This document shows, one piece after another, positions 44,276 through 57,060 of a stretch of DNA of 64,000 nt. Source of the stretch: the human T2T-CHM13v2.0 reference genome, Homo sapiens. The stretch lies in assembly GCF_009914755.1 (NCBI RefSeq), contig NC_060942.1; one strand, given 5' to 3'. Below the pieces are notes generated by a model that worked only from the letters and a program-made list of their open reading frames with translations, did no database searches and was not told the origin of the DNA. Every line of letters starts with the position of its first letter. Position 1 is the stretch's first letter. Position numbers and translations under genes: made by a program.

Positions 44276-46934
44276 CTACAGTGCGAGATGAAAAGCCTAA
44301 TTTAATACATGCACCTGAAATAATTTGGGGGTTGCAGTAATCCAACATTTAAGTAAAATATACTTAAAATCTCTCAAACTCTTGGGAATTAAATAGTAAC
44401 TATCAAGTTGCATTAGCATTTGTCAACTCAGAAATTAGACCAGCCCCCAGTATTTTTTCTGTCCTCTTATTACCGGGCTGACCTGCAGAGGGTTATGGTT
44501 ATAATGACGACAGTAATAGCCTCCATATGTGAAGCTCTGGCATTCTGCAAGCTTCTGCATCTGATTCTCCTGACTCCCCCATGGGGTCAGTGAGGGCGAG
44601 GCCAGTGGTCTTGTGCAGCAGTCATCACAGCGACCATTAGGAGTAAGGACCTGCTCACTTGCCTTTAAAAGGCAGACCCGAAGGCAAGGCCTTCTCCTGC
44701 TCATCTCTGTGGCCCAGTCCCTTACCTGGAGCATGGTGAATCACAGGAGATCAGAGAATCTATGTGGAGCTGAATTCCCACATAAATGATGAAGCTGAAG
44801 CCAAAAGAGGTTCAGTACTTACCCAAGGCCACATACGGTTGATAAGTAGCAGAGACATTTTGGAATTCGGGTTTGCTATCTCTAGGCCCTAAGTTCTGGA
44901 GAATCAGTCTCTTCATTTCAACTTCTCACCCTCACCATGCCCCCACATGCCCCCAGATATCCTTTTAATAAGAGAGAGCTCAGGCAAAGATCTGGCTATC
45001 AGCTCGGGAAGCCACTGAGTGTTCCTAATAGATACCTTTGGGAAGCCGATTGAACAAACCTGATAAAGGGTAGACTCCCAACAGCAGAAATGACAACTGA
45101 GTGGTCTGCACTACTGGCTAGCTCCAGTCCTGTCGCAGCAGGGGATGAAAGGCAGGCTGAATGAAGTGCAACAGTAAATGTAATCTTGGGAGGTGATACT
45201 TCTAGGGGAACTGTTTTGCTTGTTTTATTCTTTTTGGCTCTCTGCTTCTTGTGTCAACCGAATTGTGTGTGCTGGCCCTTCTCCTCTCCCTGGTTTCACG
45301 GGAAAGGTTCTCGAGGCTGGAGAGCGCAGTTATCAACACGTCCCACCCTCAGAGAGCTCTGTGAGCACAGGCTCCCTCCAAGCCTCTCCAGGAGAAGTCA
45401 GCAGACGCTGCCCCTGACGGTGCAGGAGACAGCACCAGGTGTTTGCTGATCCCAGGTGACAGAGCAGTCAGGGCCAACTCCCTCAGGGCATACCCTAGGG
45501 CTGGACACCTGTGCCCCCTCCTGAGCTCTGTCCCCTGTGGTCTCACAGCTATATTTAGTCTGTGCAAATGTGAAGAGTTCAGAATATCTTTTTTTAGGGG
45601 TGATCAGCATGTCCATGTCTGCTTTACTCAACCCTGGTGCTACAAATACATTCATGAGTCATTTTACAATCTTCACCTAAAGTTTGGAGTGATAAGGATT
45701 AAAACAAACAAACAAAAAAACCTCCCACACCAGCCATATTGTTGTCATGCAAGGACACCTCCAAGCTCCAGGAGCATCTGTGCTAGTGAGTGCCTCTGCT
45801 GGCCCGGGCTCTTAGTATTACGAGCTAATTCACCTGAGAACCTGACACTCTGGCAGTTCAGGCAGAGGAAGCCGAGCTGTTTGTTGGGCTAATACAGTTT
45901 TCTTGTTCTAGGTGAGAAGGAAGCATGTAGAGCACGTGCTCAGTATTTGCTGGGAGCTAGTGAAAGCTGTGGAATGCCGCTGGTCAAGCTGCAGAGACAG
46001 GGCAACTGGGGCAGGTGATGGCAGTGGCAGTGCTGTTGGTGGCAGATGGCTGGGGCCCAGGACACTGAGGGTGGCCTGGCTCCGTCATTCCTCAGACAAC
46101 TGTGCTGGCTATATATACTCCAACCCTGTCTATGTGTGAGGCCTCATGCTGGCTGCTGGAAGAGCTGCCCTGGGAGCTGGTGGTGCTTGAATTTTCAATG
46201 AGTTGATTTGATTAGCGGTGGAGGATTGAGGGGAACAGGGAGGACAGGAAAGCTTATCACTGACCACAACATGTGTTCAAACATGCTAACACCCTTGAGA
46301 GAGGTAGGAAGGCTATGGGTGTTAGGAAGGGACTGCACAAATCTTAGGTGGGACTTCAGGAAGGTCATCAGGAAGAAGGGGGTCTGTGAGAGGTTCACTG
46401 TTGGATTCATAGTATTTCCACCACGGCGATTTGGGGTGGATGTACGGGGAAGAAATTCTAGGCATAGAGAATCCCAGCAAACCCCAAAGCAGGACAACAC
46501 AGGGCCAAAGGGTGGGTGTGAGCAGCAGGAGGAATGCAGTTTGGCTGAGCTGAGGAGTAGACAGGGAGTGGCGGGAAGAGGGAGGGCCACGTGGTTCCAG
46601 GTGTGGGTCTGTACTTCCTCCACAGCAGCGGGGAGCCCTGAGCCTTGGCACTCCACCCTGGTGGGACGCTGGAATCCTCTGCAGAGCTTTCACGCTGACT
46701 GCAGTCCAGGCATCACACCACACAGATGATAAATTAATGGAGTTGGATTGGGTCCAAGCACTGGGTAGATATTTTTAGAGCTTCCCAGTTGGTTCCAGTG
46801 TGCACTGAGGGCCAAGGACCACAGCGCTGCAGGAAGCTAGAGAAATGGTCCAGCAGGGTCTGTACAGACTCATGCTGAGCCTCAGGGCTAGGCAGGGCAG
46901 GAATCAAAGATGAGCGCAGGAAAATGCTGTAAAG

Positions 46935-47137
46935 CCAAGTTCCTCAACCTCAATACTGACACCTCGGGCCAGGTAATTCTTTGCTGTGAGGGCTGTCCTG
47001 GGTGGGGTGGGATGTTTAACGGTATCCCTGCCCTCTACTCACTAGGTGCCAGTAGGAAAGTCCCCTTCTGAGTTGTAACAACCAAAAATATGCCCAGATA
47101 TTGCCAAATGCCCCTGGGGGGCAACATTGCCCCAGTT
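46935..47137. mobile_element. MER20 hAT-Charlie DNA transposon
   Basis: ttcctcaacctc...gggccaggtaattctttgctgtgagggctgtcctg...gttgtaacaaccaaaaatatgcccagatattgccaaatgcccctggggggc. Confidence 0.9.
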
Positions 47138-50100
47138 CTTCTGCTGGGCTCACTTTTTCATAGTGTCATAGGAGGAAATAATAGAAATAGAGACAAGGGA
47201 CCAGTAACTAGCTAACGACCCATGTTTTGTCAGATGTCAACCACTCACTGCAGTGGGAAAGCCAAGTCAGCACAGGGACAGTGGCTTCCCCACTGGTAGG
47301 GAAAGAAGTGGTTGGTTAGAAACATGGTCTCTTTTCCATACTTGCCCAAAGGACTGTTCACAGCAGAAGTGTTGCAAGTTGCTTTGATGATTTGCCTATG
47401 TTAAACTGTCCTTTTCTGGGCAAACAAAAAAAGGACCACAGTCTCCCTTCTCAGTATCATTAGCCAAGAAATCATTGTCAATGTCTGAAAGGTAGACTGG
47501 ATTTTTTTAAAGGGAATAAATAATGTGTTAAACCAAAGCGTCAACAGAGCAGACGCGGCCCTGCCCCGTGGTGGCCTCCACCTGGCCCGCAAGCAGCACC
47601 TGCCACCTCCACCTCATCCTCCACCTGGCCACCCTCCTCGGCTTCACACTCCTCTGAAAGGCTCTGCCATTTTGGAAAGAGATTCCCATTTGATTCGGCC
47701 TATCTGTCTTTTTCCAAAGTAAGGAAAAAGTTCCATGAACTGTATTAAGCAGACTTCTCTGGCCAAGAATTTTAAAATATGCAAAGGCCTTGATTCAGTA
47801 TTATTAGTCGGTAATTACTTCCCCTACAAATAAATTGTATTTTGAGCTTTCATAGAAAGTTCTGCCACAGATTTTCTCAATGAAAGTGGTGAGCTTTAGC
47901 ATAGAATAGAGTAATATCAAGAAGTTTCCCTCTCATTCTCCCTTTAAAAGAGAGAGATTTTTTTTCTTCAAGTTTGTGGTAAAATGTGGACAGCTGTCCA
48001 GAGGGGCATGACCTCTGCAGAAGAGGAAACGACCATCCACTTGCCCTGCACCCACAGAAGCCATGGCAGTGGGGTCATCTCCTTTTTCAAAGGGGGTGAT
48101 CATGCTGTTGGAGCCCAGTGGGTGGCCTGGGCCTTGGCTTTGGCTCTGGGCAGTGCCTGGTGGCATGGGGGCTGCCATGTGGGTGTCTCCCCTTGGCCTT
48201 GGCTCTGGGAGGTGTCCCCCACAGTGCTGTGACCACTGACACACCAGCACTTCCCACATTCTCAGGCACGCAGTGTCCTACAGCTAAAATCCCTGTTTTG
48301 TTTTGGAAGGACACTGAGAAAGTTAATTCTAAGTATGAGACAGCAGTCTGGGGAGACTGGGAGGGATGACACTGCCCAGGCTCTGAGAGGAGCCCATCCT
48401 GCCAGCCGACCTCACTTCCCCCACGACCTACTTTCCCTGGCATCATCGCTGGAGCTCAGCAGGACTCATGTTCTTCCGTGGGGCTGCCGCTGCTTTAAAT
48501 CTTTCCAAATGCTGGTGTTCTCTATCTCGCTGAGCCTGTAGATATGTGCCTGACTCTACTGGCTAATCGTCCACTGGGGACCATGTTTCCAGCCTGAGTC
48601 TTATTCTTTAACAGCAGAGTTTATTTGCCTTTTTTTTTTCTAAGGGCCCAATTGTATAAGGCTGCTCTGCTTATGAGCAATACCCCGAATTTTTCAAATC
48701 ACCCCTTCCTGTGTAAAGGCTGCTTTTAAAGTGACTGCCATCTTTCAAAGTTAATGAACATTTAGGGAGCACTTGGTTGAGGCTAGGGCAATTTATATGT
48801 GGTGCTTTAAGAAGTGGTTTTTAATAAGAGAAATAAAAGTACCCATACGTGCACCAAGCATACCTGAGTCATACCTAGGGGGGTAAATGTGCACACCACA
48901 TATCACGCCCTGCCTGCCCGCGTGTGCCTACACATATATACCTGGCAGAATCAGGGAACAGACTACATAAAACCCACCTGCCTATTCATTCATGAACTCA
49001 TCTACTCACTCGAACATTTGTCAAACACCTCTTCTGTGCAAGATGCTTTGCAATAAGATAGCAAAAGATTCAAAGATATAAAAATATATGAAACTATATT
49101 AGTCCCTACTCATAAAAGCTTATACTCCTGTACAAGATATTTTCATGACCCAGAGTAAGACACATACTTTACACCTCCACAACTTATCACATGTGCACAC
49201 CCACACACATCCCTCACCAAAGTTTAACAAAGCAACAATCCTTATAACCTATGAAGTGCTCTCATCTCGTCTGGTCTTTCATTTTATAACCACTAAGTTG
49301 ACTTCAAAGCCTACCTACACTTTGAAAAACACTGCTCTAAGAGAGACAGCCATAGTAACAAAGGAGTTAAGAGGCAGCTCACAGCTCTGTGGAGTGTTAC
49401 AAAGGCCCTGCGCTAGCCTCTCTTCACAGGTGGCATAAGCACAGCAGAGGTCTTCCTCCCAGGCCAGGAAGGCAGATAAAGAGGCTGTGCTTTCACTTAA
49501 CCTTCTGCTGCAGACACGCTGTTTTAAGTCTTCCCGAAGGATGCCCAGTTCATTCCAACACGCCCCATCCCTGGCTGCGGAGGCTCCTCTCCGAAACACC
49601 CAGTGCTGACAAAGCGCAAAAGCACCCCTGAGCCCCCACCAGTCCAGCTCAGCCCTGAACTGCCATTCACATCATTGCTGCCCTGCTCGTCATTTTTACT
49701 GTGGCCTCTCTAAGCAGCCCCACACTCTGCTGTGGGTAGGTACTCACTGGGGTCCCCTAAGTAGCTCCCTTATTTTCAAAGATACAAACACAGCAATCAC
49801 AAAGCCCCCATTTTCAACCCATCAGAGACTATTCCTGAGGACCTATGTTGGTACTGGGAAATGTGCTGTAGTGTGTGAGGACATGGAAAGAAATTCAGGA
49901 TGCGGTCCTTGTCCTCAGGGCATCTAGTTGGGGAGACAGCAAGACTAAGATATGCTCAACAGTAGGGAATAATGAAAATGGTTTTCCCTGGAGTGCATCC
50001 CTGACGGAAGACAAGGTTATGGAAGCAACAGGTGCAGGAGCATTGTATGCGAGGCACTTAGACTTTCCCATGGCTCATATTTTAAATCTAGAAAAGCTCT

Positions 50101-50639
50101 AAGGCCTCTCCCAGCAGCAAGGGCTGAGATTCCACCTGTACCCACAACAGAGAACTAAAGACCGGGGCTCTCATCTTCCTAACAGCTTCTCTTTCTCTGG
50201 TCCTCCTTCTGAGATCTTCTCTGTCCTAATGACACTTTCACCTAGACCAGCTACTTCCCTTGAATCACCTCCCAATCCCGTGATTTTGTTTCTGTTAAGT
50301 GCCACGCTTGAAATCTGTCCAATCATAGCTCCCATTTTCTAGTCACTGCTAATGTCCCTAACAGTGGTGTCTATTCTTATTGCATAATGGCACCCCTGAG
50401 AAGTTAATAAAAGCTCTGGCCCTTATCCATTAAAAATGCATATACTGTACACAATTTTTCCAAATTCCCTGAGGCACAACTCCAGGAACCCAGCCTCAAA
50501 ACCCGACCAGCTCTGACACCTGTCCTGCTGCACCGCACACTCTGGTTTCATCTTCCCCTGACACCCGGCTTCCAGGGACTCCTTGGAAGTCAGTGCCCCT
50601 TTGCGGCTCTTCTTTCCTCTTTCTAACTGGGGCCCTGCC

Positions 50640-51070
50640 GACCCATCCTCACCCTATCTCTGGACACTCACACCTTGGGAAATGCACCTTGGTAACCTCT
50701 GCCTGCAGCCTTTAAGGGCACCCATCTTGAGTTTATGTCCACTGGGACATCTCTATATCCACTACTGTGATTCACAGGGACTGCTAACCATGAGTCACGT
50801 GTCCAATAATGCAGTCATCACGTTATCCTCCTGGCCCCAAACTGGACTTTGCCCCAAATTTCACTTCTAATGGCACCACTCTTTCCCCATTCCTTCAGAT
50901 GAACTCTTTGGGTCTTTCAGCTCTCACATATTATTACCCCAATTAAGTACTAAACTGTTTAGTGCTGAGACTGTAAATGGAATGGCATTTGGCACGTCTC
51001 ACTTTTTCTTCTTCTATGTCTGATCTACCTCCCTGTGCTACTGCCTGTGCCTTTGAAATGTCTATTGAAT
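50640..51070 (+). mobile_element. L2 fragment
   Basis: ccactgggacatctc...tggcaccactctttcccc...cccaattaagtactaaactg. Confidence 0.55.
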
Positions 51071-52534
51071 CTGAGTTCTTTTCTTGGCAGTGCCCCACCA
51101 AGGCCCTGATGGTTCCACTTCCTGGGTGTCTCCTTCTCATCCACCTCTTCTCGTCTTATTCTCTACAGATCTGTGCAATTCTCATCTTCCTGAAACGCCA
51201 TCTTCACAAAGTGACTTTCCGCATAAGAACCCAGAACGGCTCTGTCCAGCAGACTGTGGGCTGTGCACACTTTCTGCCCTGCCTCTGCGGCCTTTCAAAC
51301 CAGGCCCATCTCCCGGTCCTGGGTTACTTTCCTCTGTGCCCAGGGCCACAATGAGCATGGTGGGCAGGAAGTCAGCTCATGGCCTGGTTCTGACTGTGGC
51401 CTGATGCAAGTCACTTCGTCTCTGGGTATCTCAACTTCCCCATGAGTAAAATGGGAAAGTGAGTATCCGCCTTACTGTCATTATATTCATATAGCTGGTT
51501 TATCATGATTAATGCCTGCACAGGGCGTGGTGCACGTCTGCCATCACTAAGTCTGTGAAACTCACTTCCATGCAGCCACCTCTGTTTCCCCATCAACTGA
51601 AATGGCTTCCCTTCTTTGTTTCTGATTAGATACATTCCATTTTTTTTCAAAATTCAGTTCACAATTGATTTCCTTGTCATTCAACATTCATTCAACACAC
51701 ATTTACCAGGTGCCTATTAAGTGCAGAGTGTAGTGAGGGGTTCTCAAGATGTCATGCCAAGTGAGTGCGAGGTCAGGCCAGAGTGCAGATGCCCTGCCAG
51801 AGGTGACCTCTGGCTCAGACCGAGGATCCGCAAGAGTTGGAAGTGAGCATGGAGCCCCAGGCTGCTGCTGGCAGTGGGCAGAGTGGGAGAAGGCGGGACT
51901 GTTTGAGTGTAAGAACAGGCCGGGGCAGCAGGACTCCCTGGGGCAGGAGGGGACGGCAAGAATGGCAGGACAAGCAAGGGTGGAAAAGGGGACTTGTGAA
52001 GGGCGCCAGGGGGAGCCAGGGATTGTTGTAAGCTGGGCAGAGACATGCCCAGAATTCTGCCTTCTCCACCACGTTCCTCACGATCTGGACTCTGTTGCTC
52101 TGCACACACAGGTGGGAATGGAACTGGGGCCATGATGCCAGGGGGCCATGAGCCCAGTGACAAAGAGGGCAGAGGAGACACACTCAGTGTCTCCAATTTC
52201 TGGGTGGGCTTTGGCCTGCCTGTTCCTTGGCCCAAGGCTGGGAAGGCGGACTTAAACCAAGATTAAGCTGACTGAAGTAAGTGCTCCAGGAACATTGTGT
52301 GACTAATTTAACTGCAGCTGTAGCTCTAATCTTGCCCTCAGAGTGACCCAGGGTTTTCCTTCACTTAAACAACAGTTTCTCTAAGGCCTGACTAGTAAAA
52401 ACAGTATCTTTATCCAAAGGAATTACAGGTAAGTGGTATATTCCTTAAATAATACATTTTAAATATGAAGCATTTCTACAGCATTATTGTAAAGCAATGG
52501 GGCTTAACTGTTCCTTATTAATAACCAATATTGA

Positions 52535-52870
52535 AGCTAGGCAAGGTGGCTCCTGCAAGTAATCCCAGTGCTTTGGGAGGCTGAGGTGGGAGAACCGCTT
52601 GAGGCCAGGAGTTCGAGACTAGCATGGGCAACATAATGAGACCCCGTATCCACAAAACAAAAAAAATTAGGTAGGTGTGGTGGCACATGCCTATAGTCCT
52701 AGCTACTCAGGAGGTTGAAGTGGGAGGATCGCTAGAGTCCAGGAGTTCAAGGCTGCAGTGAGCTATGATCATGCCACTACCCTCTAGCCTGGGTAACAGA
52801 GCAAGACCTTGTCTCTAAATAAAATAAAATAAAATAAAATAAAATAAAATAAAATAAAATAAAATAAAAT
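52535..52870 (+). mobile_element. AluJ with (TAAAA)n tail
   Basis: AluJ diagnostics; TSD aataaccaatattg at 52520-52533 and 52875-52888. Confidence 0.93.
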
Positions 52871-53516
52871 GTAAAATAACCAATATTGTAAGGCATGTTT
52901 ATAATGAAATCTGATCCAACTTGCCCCCTCTGTGCAGCTTCTCATACAATGTTGTGACCAAATATACTTTATAAATGAAGCGAAGGTGGGCCTGCTCATC
53001 TTGTAGCTTTAGATGAGCAAACCTGCAGCAGGGGCCTGCTCTGCCATGAGTGTGCCTGGATCCCATAAGACCACAGGGCAACTGGCAAATGGATCCTTGA
53101 GGTGCAGGATGTCCTGGGCTGGGCACCTTTCCCAGAGCACACGTGCCTAGGATGCAAGCCTCAGATGCTTGCACATTTGTGCTTGCCCAAATTAAATCTC
53201 TGATATGGAATTGGAGGCTTAAGCCCCTCTGCTTGAATTAGCCCCAGCTGATAGCTCTGGGCCTCGGGGGGCACTGGAATAAGGCTGCGGAGGGGAGGTG
53301 CAAAACCATCTGGGCAAGTGGTGGGCTTTCCTCATCTCCTCAGAATCATATCTGGCTTCTCCCTCTAATTTAGGTTTTAAAGTTTACATGGCAGATGCGA
53401 TGCCTAAGAGAAAAAGGGCGCTGTCCCAGACATCAAAGAATGGTCAGTGGGCACCTTCCGCCTATTTCTCAGCAGCAGGCACACCCCAGCCCTGGCCCCC
53501 CAGCAGCTCCACTCAC

Positions 53517-53686
53517 CTCATCCACAGTCCAACGTGCCACTTGGCTGGCCCGGATGTCAGCCACGCCTGGAAGCAACTTGCAGTGTTGCTCCCTGCCGAG
53601 GGGAAGGTCCCGAAAAGGGTGGGCTGACACCGTGGACATGGACACTGACTGGTGAAGCACCTGCTGCGCCTGCTCCACCGAGTATT
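53517..53686 (-). CDS. L3MBTL4: L3MBTL4 coding exon (third from last; 170 nt, phase 1 in, phase 0 out), linker plus start of SAM domain
   Basis: Minus-strand acceptor cctctcttacAG|AATAC at 53688/53686 and donor GATGAG|GTgagt at 53517/53516. Reads (x)YSVEQAQQVLHQSVSMSTVSAHPFRDLPLGREQHCKLLPGVADIRASQVARWTVDE; WTVDE is the typical SAM helix-1 start. Joins in frame to the next exon. Confidence 0.93.
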
Positions 53687-56600
53687 CTGTAAGAGAGGTG
53701 GGGTGGGGTGAGGCTCAGGCTCCCAGAGAGCAAGCACTGCTGTGTCAGCCCCGCAGTCCGGAGGGCCCAAGTCAGGGGACGGAAAGTGCAGACACCACCA
53801 GAACCCGCGTCTTCTGATCGTACAGCATCACCCCCAAGCATACCCTATGCCACCAGTCTGTTTTTGAGCAGTGGTCATAGACAGATGTTACCCATGCCCA
53901 GAAGACTGTGGCTGTGTGCCAGCCACATTCAAATAATCTCTATGAGATGCTGTTTGATGGCCAATGAAGGGCTCGCTTGTCACTGCCACTGGCTTCTCTC
54001 TCCTTAAATCAGGAGTCAGAGGAATCAAGGAACCGTGCAGAATTTGACTAATAAGCAGATTGGCACACCAAACCATCTGGGATGTGTATGTACACAAAGA
54101 ATAATTTCTTCCTGGAAACAGCCTCATGAGTCTCTAAAGACAGAATGAGCCTCAGTCCACATCTGGCTTCATAAATCCCCTGAGTGATACTGAACATGAC
54201 ATGTAGCAAGGGTCCCCATGAGAAGCTGGGTGATATCAGCTGCTGCTGCTGCAGATCCCCAGCAGCGCACCATGACCTCACCTGGGGTGACATCCTGTGG
54301 CAGCCAGGGACTTTGGAAAGCAGCGGAAGCTGAGACATGACCTCCCTAACACAGGCACTCTTAGATGGGGTGCTCTTTTCTGAGCAGCTCTGAATGTACC
54401 ATGGTTATAAAGTACAAAGGACAATGGCTGTTTGTTTGCACAAGATTGGCTGCTGCAACCAAGGAGTGAGACTTCAACGGGATCTCCATGCACTTCAGCC
54501 CCACACTTATCAACAGCCTTCTGTGCTGGTTTCCTGTCTTCAAAAGTGACTTTAATCTTATGTTACATCTCAACATTTAAGGAAAAGGTCTCAATTCCCT
54601 AATTATTTAGTTTAAATCTACAAATGGATAAGGAGCAAAAATATTACAGAGATTTCAGAGAAAACCAATGCCTTTATAAGGACATCTTTTAAGATACTTT
54701 CAACACACATTAGCAAAATAAAACTGCTGATATTAGAAGAGACTTTGAAAAGACCACAAAAGGAAATGTTTTAAGCCTTCCAGAAGTCTACCTTTTATAA
54801 TGCAAAGAGAAGGTTAAATAAGCAGTAGCCACATAATTTAAGGTCTATTATGATGGTTTTTGTTTTACTAACAGAATCTGAAAAACCATTATGCAAATAT
54901 TTCCACCTCAAATTAATTACAGCTTTTAGTAGGTGAGGCTGACCCGCATGATCACAGTCACATATACTCATTAGTAATCAGAAAGGTTCTAAACTACGAG
55001 CGAGCTTGTCCATCACTGGGCTTCTCTGTGCAACACCACTCTCGTGGATCGGAACAGACATCCTCATATTTAACAGTGCTTGCTGTCTACACAGATAAAG
55101 AGACAGCAAAATTGCCAGCTTCTCCCCAATTCTTATGCTCCAGGTGCAAGCAGCAGCAAATTCATCTCTAACTGCTGATTGTCCAACACTGACCTTTTTA
55201 GTATGTAAATAGGTTATCTCTTCTGTGTAGTTCAGCCAACAGTATGTAAGCCTGCAGGTTCTGAAAGGAAACTTCACATCTTCCTTGAAAAGGCAGTATG
55301 TTGGCAAATGTGAATGTTTTTTAATGAAGTTGTCAGGCTGGACAAGGGGCATGTACAAAACAAGCCCTTGAAACCCAGAGTGGGAAAGTCACAGGGTCAG
55401 TCTGCAGTTGCAGTGACACAGAAATGATCAAGACCTTGCTGGGAAGCCAGGAGTTAAAGCCCTGCACTCTTAGGGATTAAGACCTGGGCCAAAACTGGGC
55501 TGTATTCTGGAAAAGAATAACCACATCACTCAATCAGTTGTTTTTGCTGAAATAGTGTGGACTTAAACTCAACATATATGTATCTCAAACTCATGCCCTG
55601 GGTAAATTAATCATGCATAGTTTCCAAAATATATAGGACTCTGAAAAGACACAGTGAAAGAATCTTATATATTGGAAGAACAAATATGTCAAGTGATGGT
55701 GATTAGATTTCTGTGATTCCCAAATGAAAGCTGAAGTCATTAAAAATGTAAAAGAAAAAAAGACACACAAAAACCGGAAAGCTGTGTGCTCCCCAGCAGG
55801 AAAATTTCCCACACCATAATTCTGGAAGCAAATTATCTGCTTTGGGTGCTGGGGCAGACTCTTGGAAAGACACCTAATGTGTGGCTGAACAGTCCAGGGG
55901 CTCCTCAGTCCACTGCTTGCCACTCTCAGGGCTGGTTCTGGGCTCTGGAAGATGACAGATGGGGAATTCAGTTAGTCCAAGTAGCAAGATGGCCTTTAGG
56001 TCACAACGAAAGAGATGGAGTTCTAGCTTTATGCTGTGCATTTGAACTCAGGTTAGCTTTATATTATCTATGGCTTTTGAATACAGTTACCTGTGTCCCT
56101 ATTAAATCAAACTATTTGAAGGGAAGCCTGAATAAAACTGAATTTGGGAGTGCAGGAAAGCTGTGGGGAATAGGCTGTATATGCCAAAGGGAGTCCTGCA
56201 TGGGCACTGGGGAAAGACCTACAGGCACTTGCTGAGCTGTGGATCCCCTACCTGGGGTTCAGAGTTTTCACTAGGCATAAGGGCTTGTGTCTGTTTACAG
56301 GCAACCTCAAGTTCTGGGAAATGCTTGCCAGAATCTGTTATATGTTGAACACAGATAATGTTTTACTATTATCAATTTTACCATATCAATTATACATCAT
56401 GAGACAGAAAGTTTTAAAGTTGAGCTTTTGAAAACTCATAAAGACCTGAGTTGGTCTAGGAGGGAGTCCCTGGATAGGGAATCTGGAATAACCATTCTGT
56501 CATCTCGAAGACATGGGACTGGAGGTGACAGTGTCTGTCATGCAGGGCTGGTGTGAGGGAAAAGGAGAAGTTGGCAGAAGGTGCTTGGCAAGGTCCCCAG

Positions 56601-56975
56601 CGTGTTGTGAATACTCAGTGGCAGGTACTACTTTAACTGCGATTTGCAAACCTCTTGAGGTCAGGATTGAGAAAGGGAAGCGGCCTGATTCTAAATTAAC
56701 ACAACGCAAGACTAATTTGCATTTGGGGAGTGTTTCGCGGGGGCTGTTTTGCCTTCTTTGTACTCTTTAGCAGGTCTAATGTCTTCTACAGCTGATGATT
56801 TTGGGGCGGGATAGTCAGGTCTAGCTGAAAAAATGCTTGTGTGTACTTGCCTCAGGAGCTCTGTGGCCTAGTGATCTCCCTACATAATAGCTGAGTGACC
56901 TGGGATTAGGTACTTAATTTCTACATATCAAGGTTTTCTAACTCTAAAATGGGGTAATAGGAGGGAGACAAAAAA

Positions 56976-57060
56976 TAGAATAGTATAGAATAGAATAGAA
57001 TAGAACAGAAGAGAATAGAATAGAATAGAATAGAATAGAATAGAATAGAATAGAATAGAA
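56976..57060. repeat. (TAGAA)n pentanucleotide repeat (17 units, 3 variant) within a MIR relic
   Basis: Directly visible; MIR-like sequence on both sides (agctgagtgacctggg...ctctaaaatgggg / tacctcattgagttg...cctggtacataatgtgttcaatacatg). Confidence 0.95.

Noticed and set aside
46195-46729. Cluster of 133-173 aa overlapping ORFs (similar clusters at 51744-52266 and 60947-61954)
   Set aside because: GC-richer intronic or L2-derived sequence with few stops; no homology I can recognise and open on both strands, as expected by chance.
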